64,000 bases of DNA from Vairimorpha necatrix (taxonomy: Eukaryota). The stretch spans positions 62,001 through 126,000 of the forward strand of contig CP142737.1 in assembly GCA_036630325.1 (NCBI GenBank). The letters run 5' to 3'. This document shows positions 34,244-43,538 of the stretch, piece by piece (position 1 is the first letter of the stretch; every line of letters begins with the position of its first letter). A program made the position numbers and the translations under genes. The notes beneath the pieces were generated by a model, which worked only from the letters and a program-made list of their open reading frames with translations, ran no database searches and was not told the DNA's origin.

Positions 34244-35074
34244 ATGGACTTCCTAAATATTAGAGAAACCAAGGAGAATATTTACGAAGGCACAAAGTTC
34301 TGGTCTCCCTACCCAGGATATCCCATTTTTGGCGGCCAGTTGGCCGCCCAGTCGCTGTGTGCGTGTCTCCACACTGTCCACGAGGATTCTTTCCCAAATA
34401 TTGTTCATTCATTGTTTGTCAATCCTGGCGACCCGAGTCTCCCCGTGGAGTACACAGTTGAATGTCTCAAAGATGGTAAAACAATACAAATGAGAAATGT
34501 TGTAGGCAGACAAAATAATATAATAATCATCCAGACACTAATATGTTGTACCTTACCAGATAAAAATATTAAAAAATTAAATAAGATCTTTTTCCTCAGA
34601 GATACCTCTTATATTTCTATTAATGACTACATTATAAAAAATCTAAAAAATTCTGAGAATCCACAGTACGATTTATTAGTAGAAAATTTAGGAATATTAA
34701 ACAAGTCTTTTGATATACAAATAGGTGATTTTATAGATAATAAAAGACAAATTTGTATAGAAATAAAAAAGAAAGAAATTTTAAAACATGAATTTTATCT
34801 TTTTATGACTTTAGTATCAGATTTATTACTAGTAGAGTCGGCTCTTCTATCATTAAATATGAATATATTTAGTAAAGAATTGTATAAAATATCTTCTGTA
34901 GATCATAATTTATATTTTGTAGGATCAGAAATACCAAAAAGAGGTAAAATTTTTTATATATTGGAATGTACTAATATAAAAGAAAGTAAGGCGATAATAA
35001 CGGGGAAAATGTGTACAGAAGAAGGAATAATGATATGTGAGACGACACAACAAGCACTTATAAGATTTAAATAA
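34244..35074 (+). CDS. Acyl-CoA thioesterase II (TesB/ACOT8/Tes1 family)
   Basis: IFGGQLAAQSL, HSLFV.PG, DGK, LVSD, SSVDHNLYF, QQALIR. Confidence 0.88.
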   Translation: MDFLNIRETKENIYEGTKFWSPYPGYPIFGGQLAAQSLCACLHTVHEDSFPNIVHSLFVNPGDPSLPVEYTVECLKDGKTIQMRNVVGRQNNIIIIQTLICCTLPDKNIKKLNKIFFLRDTSYISINDYIIKNLKNSENPQYDLLVENLGILNKSFDIQIGDFIDNKRQICIEIKKKEILKHEFYLFMTLVSDLLLVESALLSLNMNIFSKELYKISSVDHNLYFVGSEIPKRGKIFYILECTNIKESKAIITGKMCTEEGIMICETTQQALIRFK

Positions 35075-35363
35075 AAAAAAAAATCTATTTTTCAAATGAT
35101 TATTTTTGAAAATTTTAATATTATTTTTGAAAATTTTTAATATTATATTGAAAATTTTTCATATCATTTTTAAAAAATTTTATTATCATTTTTAGTATAT
35201 AAGAAATTATAGCATTAAAAAATTAAGTATTAATAATTTATAATTATAATGTATTTATTGTAATAAAAATTTATCTTCATTTAAAAAAAGTTTATAAAAA
35301 ATTTCCTTGAAAAATAATATTAATATTTTGTAAGAGTTTTATTTAACTTTTTTTATAAATTTA

Positions 35364-35834
35364 TTACAATTTTGTTTCTATAGATAATACAAATTTCTCA
35401 TCATACAACACTTCTCTTTTAATCATCGACCAATTAAAAGGATCAAACATACTCAATACATGTTTACTATTATCAACTTCGACTTTCTCCTGTAAAAGCA
35501 CGAAACATCTATAAAATTTTGAATAAACATATCCTCGTTTTATAAGCCCAAGAAAAGCTTGTTTTTGTATTTCGTCATTAGGAAAAGAATAAAAAATGTA
35601 AAAAAGGGTTTCCTCGTTGTAAAGATCAAATTTTTTATCATCAAAATTTATAATTTTATAACATTCTGGAATTATTTGGGATAATTGGCTTGGTTTGTAG
35701 TAAGTGGAACTGTCTTTATAAGATTGAGATAGAGTGAGTTTGATCATTTCTTCTAAGTCTTCTGATTCTAATTGGTCTTGATCTTTTGATTTGTCTTGTT
35801 GGATTTTTTTAAGTTTATTTTGTAAATCTGTCAT
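35364..35834 (-). CDS. NOT2: CCR4-NOT subunit Not2 (NOT box)
   Basis: EETLFYIFYSFPND..A..L.KRG..Y and FDPFNW. Confidence 0.85.
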   Translation of the reverse strand: MTDLQNKLKKIQQDKSKDQDQLESEDLEEMIKLTLSQSYKDSSTYYKPSQLSQIIPECYKIINFDDKKFDLYNEETLFYIFYSFPNDEIQKQAFLGLIKRGYVYSKFYRCFVLLQEKVEVDNSKHVLSMFDPFNWSMIKREVLYDEKFVLSIETKL

Positions 35835-35981
35835 TAGGGCAAAAAAAGATTGAAATTGTAATTTTGTTGTTTATTAATTTTATATAGAGCACTTTAGACA
35901 TAATTGTTTAATAATTTATGTTTAGTTTATTTATATTATAAAGCATTTTATATGGTAAATTGATATTATGTTTTTTATAAT

Positions 35982-37259
35982 TTAATAAGATTTTAAATTC
36001 TCTAAGTCTTCTATAAGATCTTTGTTTTCTTCTTCCATCTCACATAAGTTATTCACTATCTCTTTATCTTTCTTAACATCATCAAGGAAATAATAATACT
36101 CTTCTGACGTCACCGGACTCTTCCACTTGATATCTCGCCGGGGCTCTTTTCTTACTATCAAAATATCTGGGAGATCTGTGGCTTCTATTGAAGAATTAAA
36201 TGAATTTAGATCATATCCTAGTACAATATCATCTTCCTTGGTTATTTTACCAAGATGAGACTTTGTTTCTATTATATTTGTATCATCTAATTTTGTAACT
36301 GACACAGAGTTCAAAATGTATGACTCATTTTTCAATATTGGTTTTTGATCAATTTCTAATAAATTAAACTTTACTAAATTCTTAGAAGATATTAAGACTT
36401 TAAACTTGTCTTTATTACTCCAAAACGAGTTACTGCTCACTTTAACTTCTTTAATAAGAAATGGATCTAATAAAATTATGTGTGTACTGACTTTTTTTAC
36501 TAGTGCCATATTTCCAATACCAAGGCTATTAGAAAATTCTCGATCTAAAATTACGAAATCGTCAACACACAGTGGGGCGATTTCCACTGAGAATGAAAAC
36601 TTGTAATTACTTTTAGAATTCTGAATATCTTTACTAATTAATCTTTCAGATAAAATTATTTTTACTGGTAAAACATTTTCTATAAAATTGACTAATTTGT
36701 AAGCAAATGTTCTATCAGTGAAATAAAAGTCTATTCCGCCTTTTCTCATTTTTATATTCGTAGTTTCGCTATACATTTTGTTTTTTATAATTAATTGTTC
36801 CAATAATATAAAAATTCTAGGGTGTTCCATTCTGTGTCTAACTTGTACTACAGCCTTCCAGTGCTGTTTAGCTTCTATTTTCTCACAATCAGGACACTGT
36901 TTGTTTCTTATAGTGTATCTGATTTCACATTCTTCTCTTATGCCATTAGATTCTAGTACTACTTGTAGACTCATTCTTTTAGAATGTTCTTCTGTGTAAT
37001 TGAAATTTGAGTCTAAAATATCAAAATGATTGGGACTTGGATTTGATTTTATAAGATAAATGAGAAGATCTCTAGATCCCCATTCATATTTTGACCAAGT
37101 TCTTGGTTTATTTAAGTATCTTTCGCATCCTTTACACCAGTCTACATTTATAGATCTTTTTAGTTTTTCGGAGACAGTGATGAACATCGTAGTGCATCTG
37201 GTGCAGAGATTGTGTTCAGATGGATCTGTTGGTATTCCGCATTTGTAGCACAAGATCAT
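35982..37259 (-). CDS. NMD3: 60S ribosomal export adaptor Nmd3
   Basis: CYKCG..CTRC, WCKGCERY, TEEHSKR, QCPDC..WKAVVQVR, GGIDFYF, FSVEIAPLC. Confidence 0.97.
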   Translation of the reverse strand: MILCYKCGIPTDPSEHNLCTRCTTMFITVSEKLKRSINVDWCKGCERYLNKPRTWSKYEWGSRDLLIYLIKSNPSPNHFDILDSNFNYTEEHSKRMSLQVVLESNGIREECEIRYTIRNKQCPDCEKIEAKQHWKAVVQVRHRMEHPRIFILLEQLIIKNKMYSETTNIKMRKGGIDFYFTDRTFAYKLVNFIENVLPVKIILSERLISKDIQNSKSNYKFSFSVEIAPLCVDDFVILDREFSNSLGIGNMALVKKVSTHIILLDPFLIKEVKVSSNSFWSNKDKFKVLISSKNLVKFNLLEIDQKPILKNESYILNSVSVTKLDDTNIIETKSHLGKITKEDDIVLGYDLNSFNSSIEATDLPDILIVRKEPRRDIKWKSPVTSEEYYYFLDDVKKDKEIVNNLCEMEEENKDLIEDLENLKSY

Positions 37260-37296
37260 TTTATGGGCTTATTAAAAAAAAAAAATTTTAAGATTT

Positions 37297-37356
37297 AAAA
37301 AAAACCAAAATGTAAAAAAAACCAAAATGTAAAAAAAACCAAAATGTAAAAAAAAC
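37297..37356. repeat. 17-bp tandem repeat x3 upstream of NMD3
   Basis: AAAAAAAACCAAAATGT repeated three times. Confidence 0.85.
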
Positions 37357-37584
37357 ATTTTTGAAGAAATAAAAAGTTCTAAACTATGTTAAATTTATTA
37401 AAAACACAAAAAAAACATTTTTAAAATGTTTTTGAAGTTTTTTACATTTTTTTTATATTTTTAAAAGGCTGTAAAGAATGAAGAGAGAAATTCAACTAGT
37501 GCACTTTATAAATAAGTATTGCACTTACTAAACAAATATCCACTCATGAAATGCATTTTATAAATAAAATATTATATAAAGAGT

Positions 37585-38793
37585 TTATTTATTTTTGAAC
37601 ATAAGACTAAATTCATTGACATCTTCTTGTGTTACTTCCCTTTTTATATTCTTCATCATTTTTAATAAATTTATTGAATAAACAAGTCCAAATTTACTAG
37701 AAATTTCCACTAGTTTTTTAAATCCTTGTTCGTCAATTTTAATATTTTCTTTTTCCACTCTACATTTTAATATTTCGTCTTCTTTATCATTTTTCTGTAT
37801 AGGAAGAACAAGACATTTCTTCAAGAAGTTTCTTGGGATTCCCAAGGGCCCAAGAGCAGTTCCTCTAATTTCTCCTTCTGTTATATTTGTAGTCAAAATT
37901 ATTACTGGACATTTTTCAGAATCCATGGCTTTACTTAGGTAAGTAAAACTTTCTAAATCTAACATATGAGCTTCTTCTATGAGTAAAATGCCATAGACGA
38001 TTTCTGTATCGTATAATTCTATCAAATTGTCAACATCTTTCCTTAATTTTGAAGTGATCTCACTTTTCTTATATTTTACTACTTGGTTGACAAGAGACAA
38101 GACATCTTGGCCAGTTGGGTTTATATTTGAAATATCTAGACTGTGTAAAGTTGTCTCATGGACAAACTCCTTTTTTTTATATATTTCATTTTTGGGTAAT
38201 GGGACATATTTCTCTGCTTCTAAATCATAATCATTTAAATGAGACTCGCCTCGTCCCATTCTTTTTAATATTCCTGAAGACGAGTCTACGTGTATCACGT
38301 CGCCGACTTTTATATCTTGAAACTTCATCTGGTCTACTAAATCTTTAGACAATCTCAGAGTTTTAGTACCTTTCAGAGATCTGAGATCTAAAACAGAATC
38401 TCTTATAGACACGACTTCTCCTTCATAAACATTCTTAAATTCTTTCATTCTAACCAAGACAGCTTTTCTTAGTAAACTTTCTAAAACTTCAGATTTCTTA
38501 ACTTCTGACGAATAAACTTCATGTCCCGAAATACTTACAAATGGGATTTTAGTGCCTAATTCTTTAGACATGGCGACTGTCAAGGCTGTCTTGCCACTTC
38601 CACTTGGCCCGCTTAAAATGAAACATTTGCCGCCAAATTTATTGGTACGCACAATATCGACAATTATACTACAAGCCAATCTGGAATCATCTTGACCAAT
38701 TAAAGGAAAAGTCGAATCTTCAACTTCTATAGTTTCATTTATTCCTAAACTCCCAATATGATTGTGAATTCCTTTACTTCGGTTAGAAAACAT
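37585..38793 (-). CDS. RVB1: RuvB-like AAA+ protein 1 (Rvb1/pontin), divergent
   Basis: HNHIGSLG, GPSGSGKT, EVYSSEVKKSEVL, VYEGEV, YDLEAEKYVPLP. Confidence 0.92.
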   Translation of the reverse strand: MFSNRSKGIHNHIGSLGINETIEVEDSTFPLIGQDDSRLACSIIVDIVRTNKFGGKCFILSGPSGSGKTALTVAMSKELGTKIPFVSISGHEVYSSEVKKSEVLESLLRKAVLVRMKEFKNVYEGEVVSIRDSVLDLRSLKGTKTLRLSKDLVDQMKFQDIKVGDVIHVDSSSGILKRMGRGESHLNDYDLEAEKYVPLPKNEIYKKKEFVHETTLHSLDISNINPTGQDVLSLVNQVVKYKKSEITSKLRKDVDNLIELYDTEIVYGILLIEEAHMLDLESFTYLSKAMDSEKCPVIILTTNITEGEIRGTALGPLGIPRNFLKKCLVLPIQKNDKEDEILKCRVEKENIKIDEQGFKKLVEISSKFGLVYSINLLKMMKNIKREVTQEDVNEFSLMFKNK

Positions 38794-39000
38794 TTAATGG
38801 GTTAAAAATGATATTAATTTTCTATCTTAAAAGATGAAAGTAATATTGTAAGTGAATAATAAAACTAATTTAAAAATAAAAACTAAATGAAAAGTTATAT
38901 TTGATATAGAAAAGATTTATTTTAAATCGAAAAATTATATTTGAAATAAGAAGAAAAGTTATATGTTAAATGTAATAATAACAGAAATTATGTAAGTTAT

Positions 39001-39202
39001 TGTTACCGGCTGTGTTGCACACGCCAATAATCAGACTAAAACTGAAAGATGAAACAGTTGATAATGATCTGAAACCATCTAGGTTTCAGATCCGAAACTA
39101 AAACTATTTAAGAAATCTTAAATAGACTAAATATGCCAAATAAATATAGTTCTTCTTCTAATAAAGAGCCTTCTTCAATAACCAGCTCTCCTTCTGGTAA
39201 CA
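39001..39202. mobile_element. Solo LTR (202 bp) of a third LTR family
   Basis: TGTTACC..GGTAACA termini; exact GTTAT TSD (38996-39000, 39203-39207); AATAAA; two internal palindromes. Confidence 0.85.
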
Positions 39203-39377
39203 GTTATAAAAAATAAATTTTCATTGATTTGTAAATTTTAATTCTCATTTATTGACTTAAAACAATTTATGCACAAATAGAACGGTCCATGATCATTTTC
39301 TGAAAAAAAAGTATAAATAAAATTCATTTTGCATAATTTTAAAAAAAAATATTTCGAAATATTTTTACCGTTATCTT

Positions 39378-41120
39378 ATGGAAAACTTTTTCAAAGGAAA
39401 AACATTTGTATTCACTGGTGAATTGACTATGGACAGGGAATATGCAAAATCAAAAGTCATCCTCTTAGGTGGGAGAGTTACAACCGCACCAAGTGGGAAA
39501 ACTGACTTCTTAATTGTAGGAGCAGATCCTGGTCCTTTGAAATTGAAAAAAGCAAGAGAACTGGGTATACAAATTATTTATGAAAAGGAATTTACTAAAA
39601 ATCTGGAAGAAGGAGAAAAGGCTTATGATAAGTCAATAGATATTAATGAACATTATGGTGGAATGGTAATAGAAGAAAATCAGATTAGTTCTGATTTTGA
39701 TGAGACTAGCGTGTTCGACACCTTCGGTGAGAACAAACCAACGAAGCCTTCTAAATTCCAGGAAATGTGGTCTGAAAAATACAGACCCAAGAAGAGATCA
39801 GAGATAGTGGGGAATCAGACTGTCTTGTCTAGTCTTGAAGATTTCTTAAAAGGAAAGAGTAATTACAAAGGGGCACTTCTTAGTGGATCTCCTGGAGTAG
39901 GGAAAACTACAGCAGTCCATGTTTTATGTAAAGAACTAGGCCTGAAATTAATAGAATTCAATGCGAGTGATGTTCGTAATAAAAATTTACTACTTAAAAA
40001 ACTTAAAGGGTTGACAAATACTAAAGGAATTTCTAAGAATATGAAATTACAGAAGAAAGTTATTCTTATGGACGAAGTAGACGGGATGACGAGTGACAGA
40101 GGAGGCCTATTAGAGCTTAATACACTTATTAAGAATAGTGAGATACCCTTTGTTTGTATTTGTAATGATAGAAATAATCTAAAAATCAGGACCCTAGCGA
40201 ATAATTGTCTGGATTTGAAATTCAGGCGACTTGATGCTAGGCAGATTTTACCAAGAATAAAAGATATTTTAAAGAGAGAAAATAAGGTCATAGGAGATAA
40301 TATTCTGAATGAGATTGTCTTAGTAAGTCATGGAGACATAAGATACATTCTAAATTCCATACAGAGAATATGCCTTAATGATAAAATCAAGCTTACAGAA
40401 GCCTTAGATTTAACTAAGAAAACTATTCTAAAGAATATTTTCGATATAGCGCAAGAATGTTTCCATAAGAAATCTATAAATGAAAAGACAAATTTATATT
40501 TTGAGGATTATTCCTTGGTTCCTTTATTTATATCTGAGAATTATATGAAGATGAATTTTAGAAATATGAAAGATTTCTTAGAATCAGCAGATTCTATTTC
40601 TAATGGAGACGTAGTCGAGAAATTAATACGAGGCAGTACACAAGAGTGGAGTCTCGCTCCACTCCATGGATTTTTCACTGTAGCTTTGCCTACAAGAAAC
40701 AAGACCCTGTCTAAGCGCATTGATTTCCCAGGGTGGTTAGGACAAAATTCGAGATATTTGAAATATAAAAGAAATCTAAAAGATTTGTGTCTACACACAT
40801 TCAGGAAAATTCAAACAGGCTTAGAGTCCTTCAGACTTTACGAGTCTAATTTATTATTTACAAATTTTATCTCTTCCTTGAAGAAAGATAAAGTTAAAGA
40901 AGCCTTAGATCTAGTAGTAGAATATGATTTAGTCAAGGAAGATATGATTAATTTATCAGAGATAGTAACAGACGGACAGGTATTGTACAAACAAATCAAA
41001 ACTAAGACAAAGTCTGATTTTACAAGACAATATAATAAATTAAGGAGACAGCTCCCTTATAATAATGAAGAAGTCAAGAAAGCCAAAGAGGTAAACGAGG
41101 AATCAAATGAAGAATATTAA
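39378..41120 (+). CDS. RFC1: Replication factor C large subunit
   Basis: N-terminal BRCT (GKTFVFTG..GGRVTTAPSGKT), WSEKYRP, GSPGVGKTT, EFNASDVR, MDEVDGM, FPGWLGQNS. Confidence 0.97.
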   Translation: MENFFKGKTFVFTGELTMDREYAKSKVILLGGRVTTAPSGKTDFLIVGADPGPLKLKKARELGIQIIYEKEFTKNLEEGEKAYDKSIDINEHYGGMVIEENQISSDFDETSVFDTFGENKPTKPSKFQEMWSEKYRPKKRSEIVGNQTVLSSLEDFLKGKSNYKGALLSGSPGVGKTTAVHVLCKELGLKLIEFNASDVRNKNLLLKKLKGLTNTKGISKNMKLQKKVILMDEVDGMTSDRGGLLELNTLIKNSEIPFVCICNDRNNLKIRTLANNCLDLKFRRLDARQILPRIKDILKRENKVIGDNILNEIVLVSHGDIRYILNSIQRICLNDKIKLTEALDLTKKTILKNIFDIAQECFHKKSINEKTNLYFEDYSLVPLFISENYMKMNFRNMKDFLESADSISNGDVVEKLIRGSTQEWSLAPLHGFFTVALPTRNKTLSKRIDFPGWLGQNSRYLKYKRNLKDLCLHTFRKIQTGLESFRLYESNLLFTNFISSLKKDKVKEALDLVVEYDLVKEDMINLSEIVTDGQVLYKQIKTKTKSDFTRQYNKLRRQLPYNNEEVKKAKEVNEESNEEY

Positions 41121-41362
41121 GCAGAAATAAAAATATATTACTAATGTATCAATAATATTTTATTTTATAGTATATTGTTTTATATTATTTTATTTTATAG
41201 TATAGTGTTTTATATTATATTTTATTATGATCTATTATATGTTTTCTTATAATTCTTAAATTATTTTAATTCAATTTATTTTGGTATTTCTCTACCTTAT
41301 TTTATATTTCAAATTTATTTAAGATTTTCTCTACTTATTTTTTCAAAATTTCACTTTTTTAA

Positions 41363-41434
41363 GTTCGCGTGGCCCAATGGTAAGGCGTGGCTCTCCTAAA
41401 GCCAAGATTGTGGGTTCGAATCCCATCGCGAACG
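41363..41434 (+). tRNA. tRNA-Arg(CCT)
   Basis: Acceptor stem GTTCGCG/CGCGAAC; anticodon arm TGGCT-CTCCTAA-AGCCA; T arm GTGGG-TTCGAAT-CCCAT; no intron. Confidence 0.96.
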
Positions 41435-41491
41435 AAAAAATTTTAAAATTAATTTGCATCAAATTTTAAAAATAAATTTAAATGATAATTT

Positions 41492-42157
41492 TTAAAATAA
41501 ATTTGCTTCAAATTCGTCATATTCTGTTTTCATTATTTCTTCCAATATTCTGTCTTGTAATCCTTCGTCTAAGTTTATTTCTCTGTTCCTGGTTTTTATT
41601 ATATATTTCCCAAGATTCTTCATTTTTATATTACGCAGTTTTATAAAAAATATCCTGTACTCTTGTTTTATCATAAATGGTATCCTTTTTATTATGTCTT
41701 CTTTTGTTATATCTTTTGTATGATTGTTAAGATCTATTTGTTGATACTCGCTTTCATTTATGTATGTTTTTATTAGTAAAATTAATATTTCATCTTCTAT
41801 AAAATATCCAAAGTAATATTTCAGATATTCTCTTAATGTCTTTGTTAATATTCCTGTATTATATTCATTATACGGTATTTTTATATTATTCCTTATAGCC
41901 TTTATTAATGTTTCTACTGTATCATCTCTATTCTCATTTTCTTCACATGTTTCTAAATATTCCATTAAGTCTATCAGACTGTCAGTTATTTCTGTACTCT
42001 GGAAATACTTAAATATCTTAAAATATTCACATGTACACAATTCCTCCCAGTCATCATACTTAGTGACATATTTTATACACGATTTTCTTAAGACATTTTT
42101 CTCTTCATTTGTCAATGTCTCGTATTGTAATTTATGCGAAATTTTATTTTGCAGCAT
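41492..42157 (-). CDS. Hypothetical protein, 221 aa
   Basis: ATG-started ORF with coding-like composition; no family recognised. Confidence 0.7.
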   Translation of the reverse strand: MLQNKISHKLQYETLTNEEKNVLRKSCIKYVTKYDDWEELCTCEYFKIFKYFQSTEITDSLIDLMEYLETCEENENRDDTVETLIKAIRNNIKIPYNEYNTGILTKTLREYLKYYFGYFIEDEILILLIKTYINESEYQQIDLNNHTKDITKEDIIKRIPFMIKQEYRIFFIKLRNIKMKNLGKYIIKTRNREINLDEGLQDRILEEIMKTEYDEFEANLF

Positions 42158-42191
42158 GAATTACTTATTTATAGAAATATTTAAGCCCAAA

Positions 42192-43538
42192 ATGACTAGC
42201 ATAAAAGGAGAAATGAGAACTAATAAACGAAAAGGAGACAGTACTAAGCGAAAAGAAGATCAAATTAAAAAGATTAGAAATGATAAGAAAGATGACTGTA
42301 CTAAGCAAAAAGAAGATCAGATCAAAAAGATCAAAGAAGTTAAAAAAGACAAAAAAGACAAAAAAGACAAAAAAGATGGCTGTACTAAATTAAGTGAAGA
42401 TACTACTAATAAAAAGATTAGAAATGATAAGAAAGAAGACTTCTTTGAAGATATACAAATATTATTAAAGAATTCAGATTACGATAAAAAGAACTTAGAA
42501 CAGAAAATCGAACTGGCTTGGCTAGACATAAAAGACAATTTCGTAAATCTCATAAGACAGAAAAGCAATTACAATAAGATAAATATAATGTATAATAAAG
42601 GAAGTAATCAGAGTAAATATGACATATTACAACATACACTAGAGAATATTACAAATATAAGCAGCCACGAGTACTCTAAACAATTCCCAGTCACCTTGGC
42701 CAAAGACACCACGAAGAACTTAGTAGCTATTAGTAGAAGACTAATAGAAGAAGCGAAATGTCTCATAAGTAACAGAAATGGGGTGTATGTCCTGAATGAG
42801 ATCTACAAGATGTGTAACAGAAAAACGGGAAATGAAATGATAAATAAAATATTACAAGAAGAAGACAAAGAAATAATTAAGAAATTATCCAGTAAAAGAC
42901 TCTGGAAATACGAACTGACACACCACATCCTCCACGAATATTTAAAAAAGAATAAAGACGAGGGCGAATTTATCTTCAGCCTCTTCTTGAGGAATAAACA
43001 AATGAATCTTCTTATTAAATCTTTTAAAGGATTAGAAGCTGCGCTTCTAATCCTCAATAAAGAAAGAACAGCAGACATTTTAAGAATCTTAAGCAGCGAC
43101 TTCGTGAATGTGGTCAATGACGAGTACGGGGTAATTTACATACTGAAAATATTAGAACTAAATACAAATATAGAAACAATAATAGACTTGTATACAGAGA
43201 AATATAAAGAAATATTCATAAATGAAGTGAGTATTCTACCACTTATCTACATTTTCAACCAGGAGAAGAAATATTACCCGACTTTATTCAACCAACTAAG
43301 AAGTAAAGAAATGATCAATATTGATAAAAAATATTTAATAGAAAAATATAAAGAAATAATAAGCGAGAATATAAAAATATTTACGGGATCATTTACGTGG
43401 ATTTTGGTGTATTTTTTTAGTAAAAAAGATGACGAAATTAAAGAAATAACGAAGAAATATTTAAAAGAAGAAGAAGATACAAATGAGAACAGTGAGAAAT
43501 TAAGAAAGAAGATGATAAAATATAAACTAATGAAATAA
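42192..43538 (+). CDS. Degenerate Pumilio-repeat protein, Puf6/PUM3-like
   Basis: Repeat-like helices ISSHEYSKQF, LISNRNGVYVL, LIKSFKGLEAA, VVNDEYGVIYI; K/D-rich N-terminus; start moved to GCCCAAAATG (42192). Confidence 0.6.
   Translation: MTSIKGEMRTNKRKGDSTKRKEDQIKKIRNDKKDDCTKQKEDQIKKIKEVKKDKKDKKDKKDGCTKLSEDTTNKKIRNDKKEDFFEDIQILLKNSDYDKKNLEQKIELAWLDIKDNFVNLIRQKSNYNKINIMYNKGSNQSKYDILQHTLENITNISSHEYSKQFPVTLAKDTTKNLVAISRRLIEEAKCLISNRNGVYVLNEIYKMCNRKTGNEMINKILQEEDKEIIKKLSSKRLWKYELTHHILHEYLKKNKDEGEFIFSLFLRNKQMNLLIKSFKGLEAALLILNKERTADILRILSSDFVNVVNDEYGVIYILKILELNTNIETIIDLYTEKYKEIFINEVSILPLIYIFNQEKKYYPTLFNQLRSKEMINIDKKYLIEKYKEIISENIKIFTGSFTWILVYFFSKKDDEIKEITKKYLKEEEDTNENSEKLRKKMIKYKLMK

Noticed and set aside
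41363..41434. Local tRNA-Arg(CCT) as primer for the 29568 element
   Set aside because: It would require PBS TGGCGTTCGCG; the element has TGGCGACAAC, matching only 5 nt.
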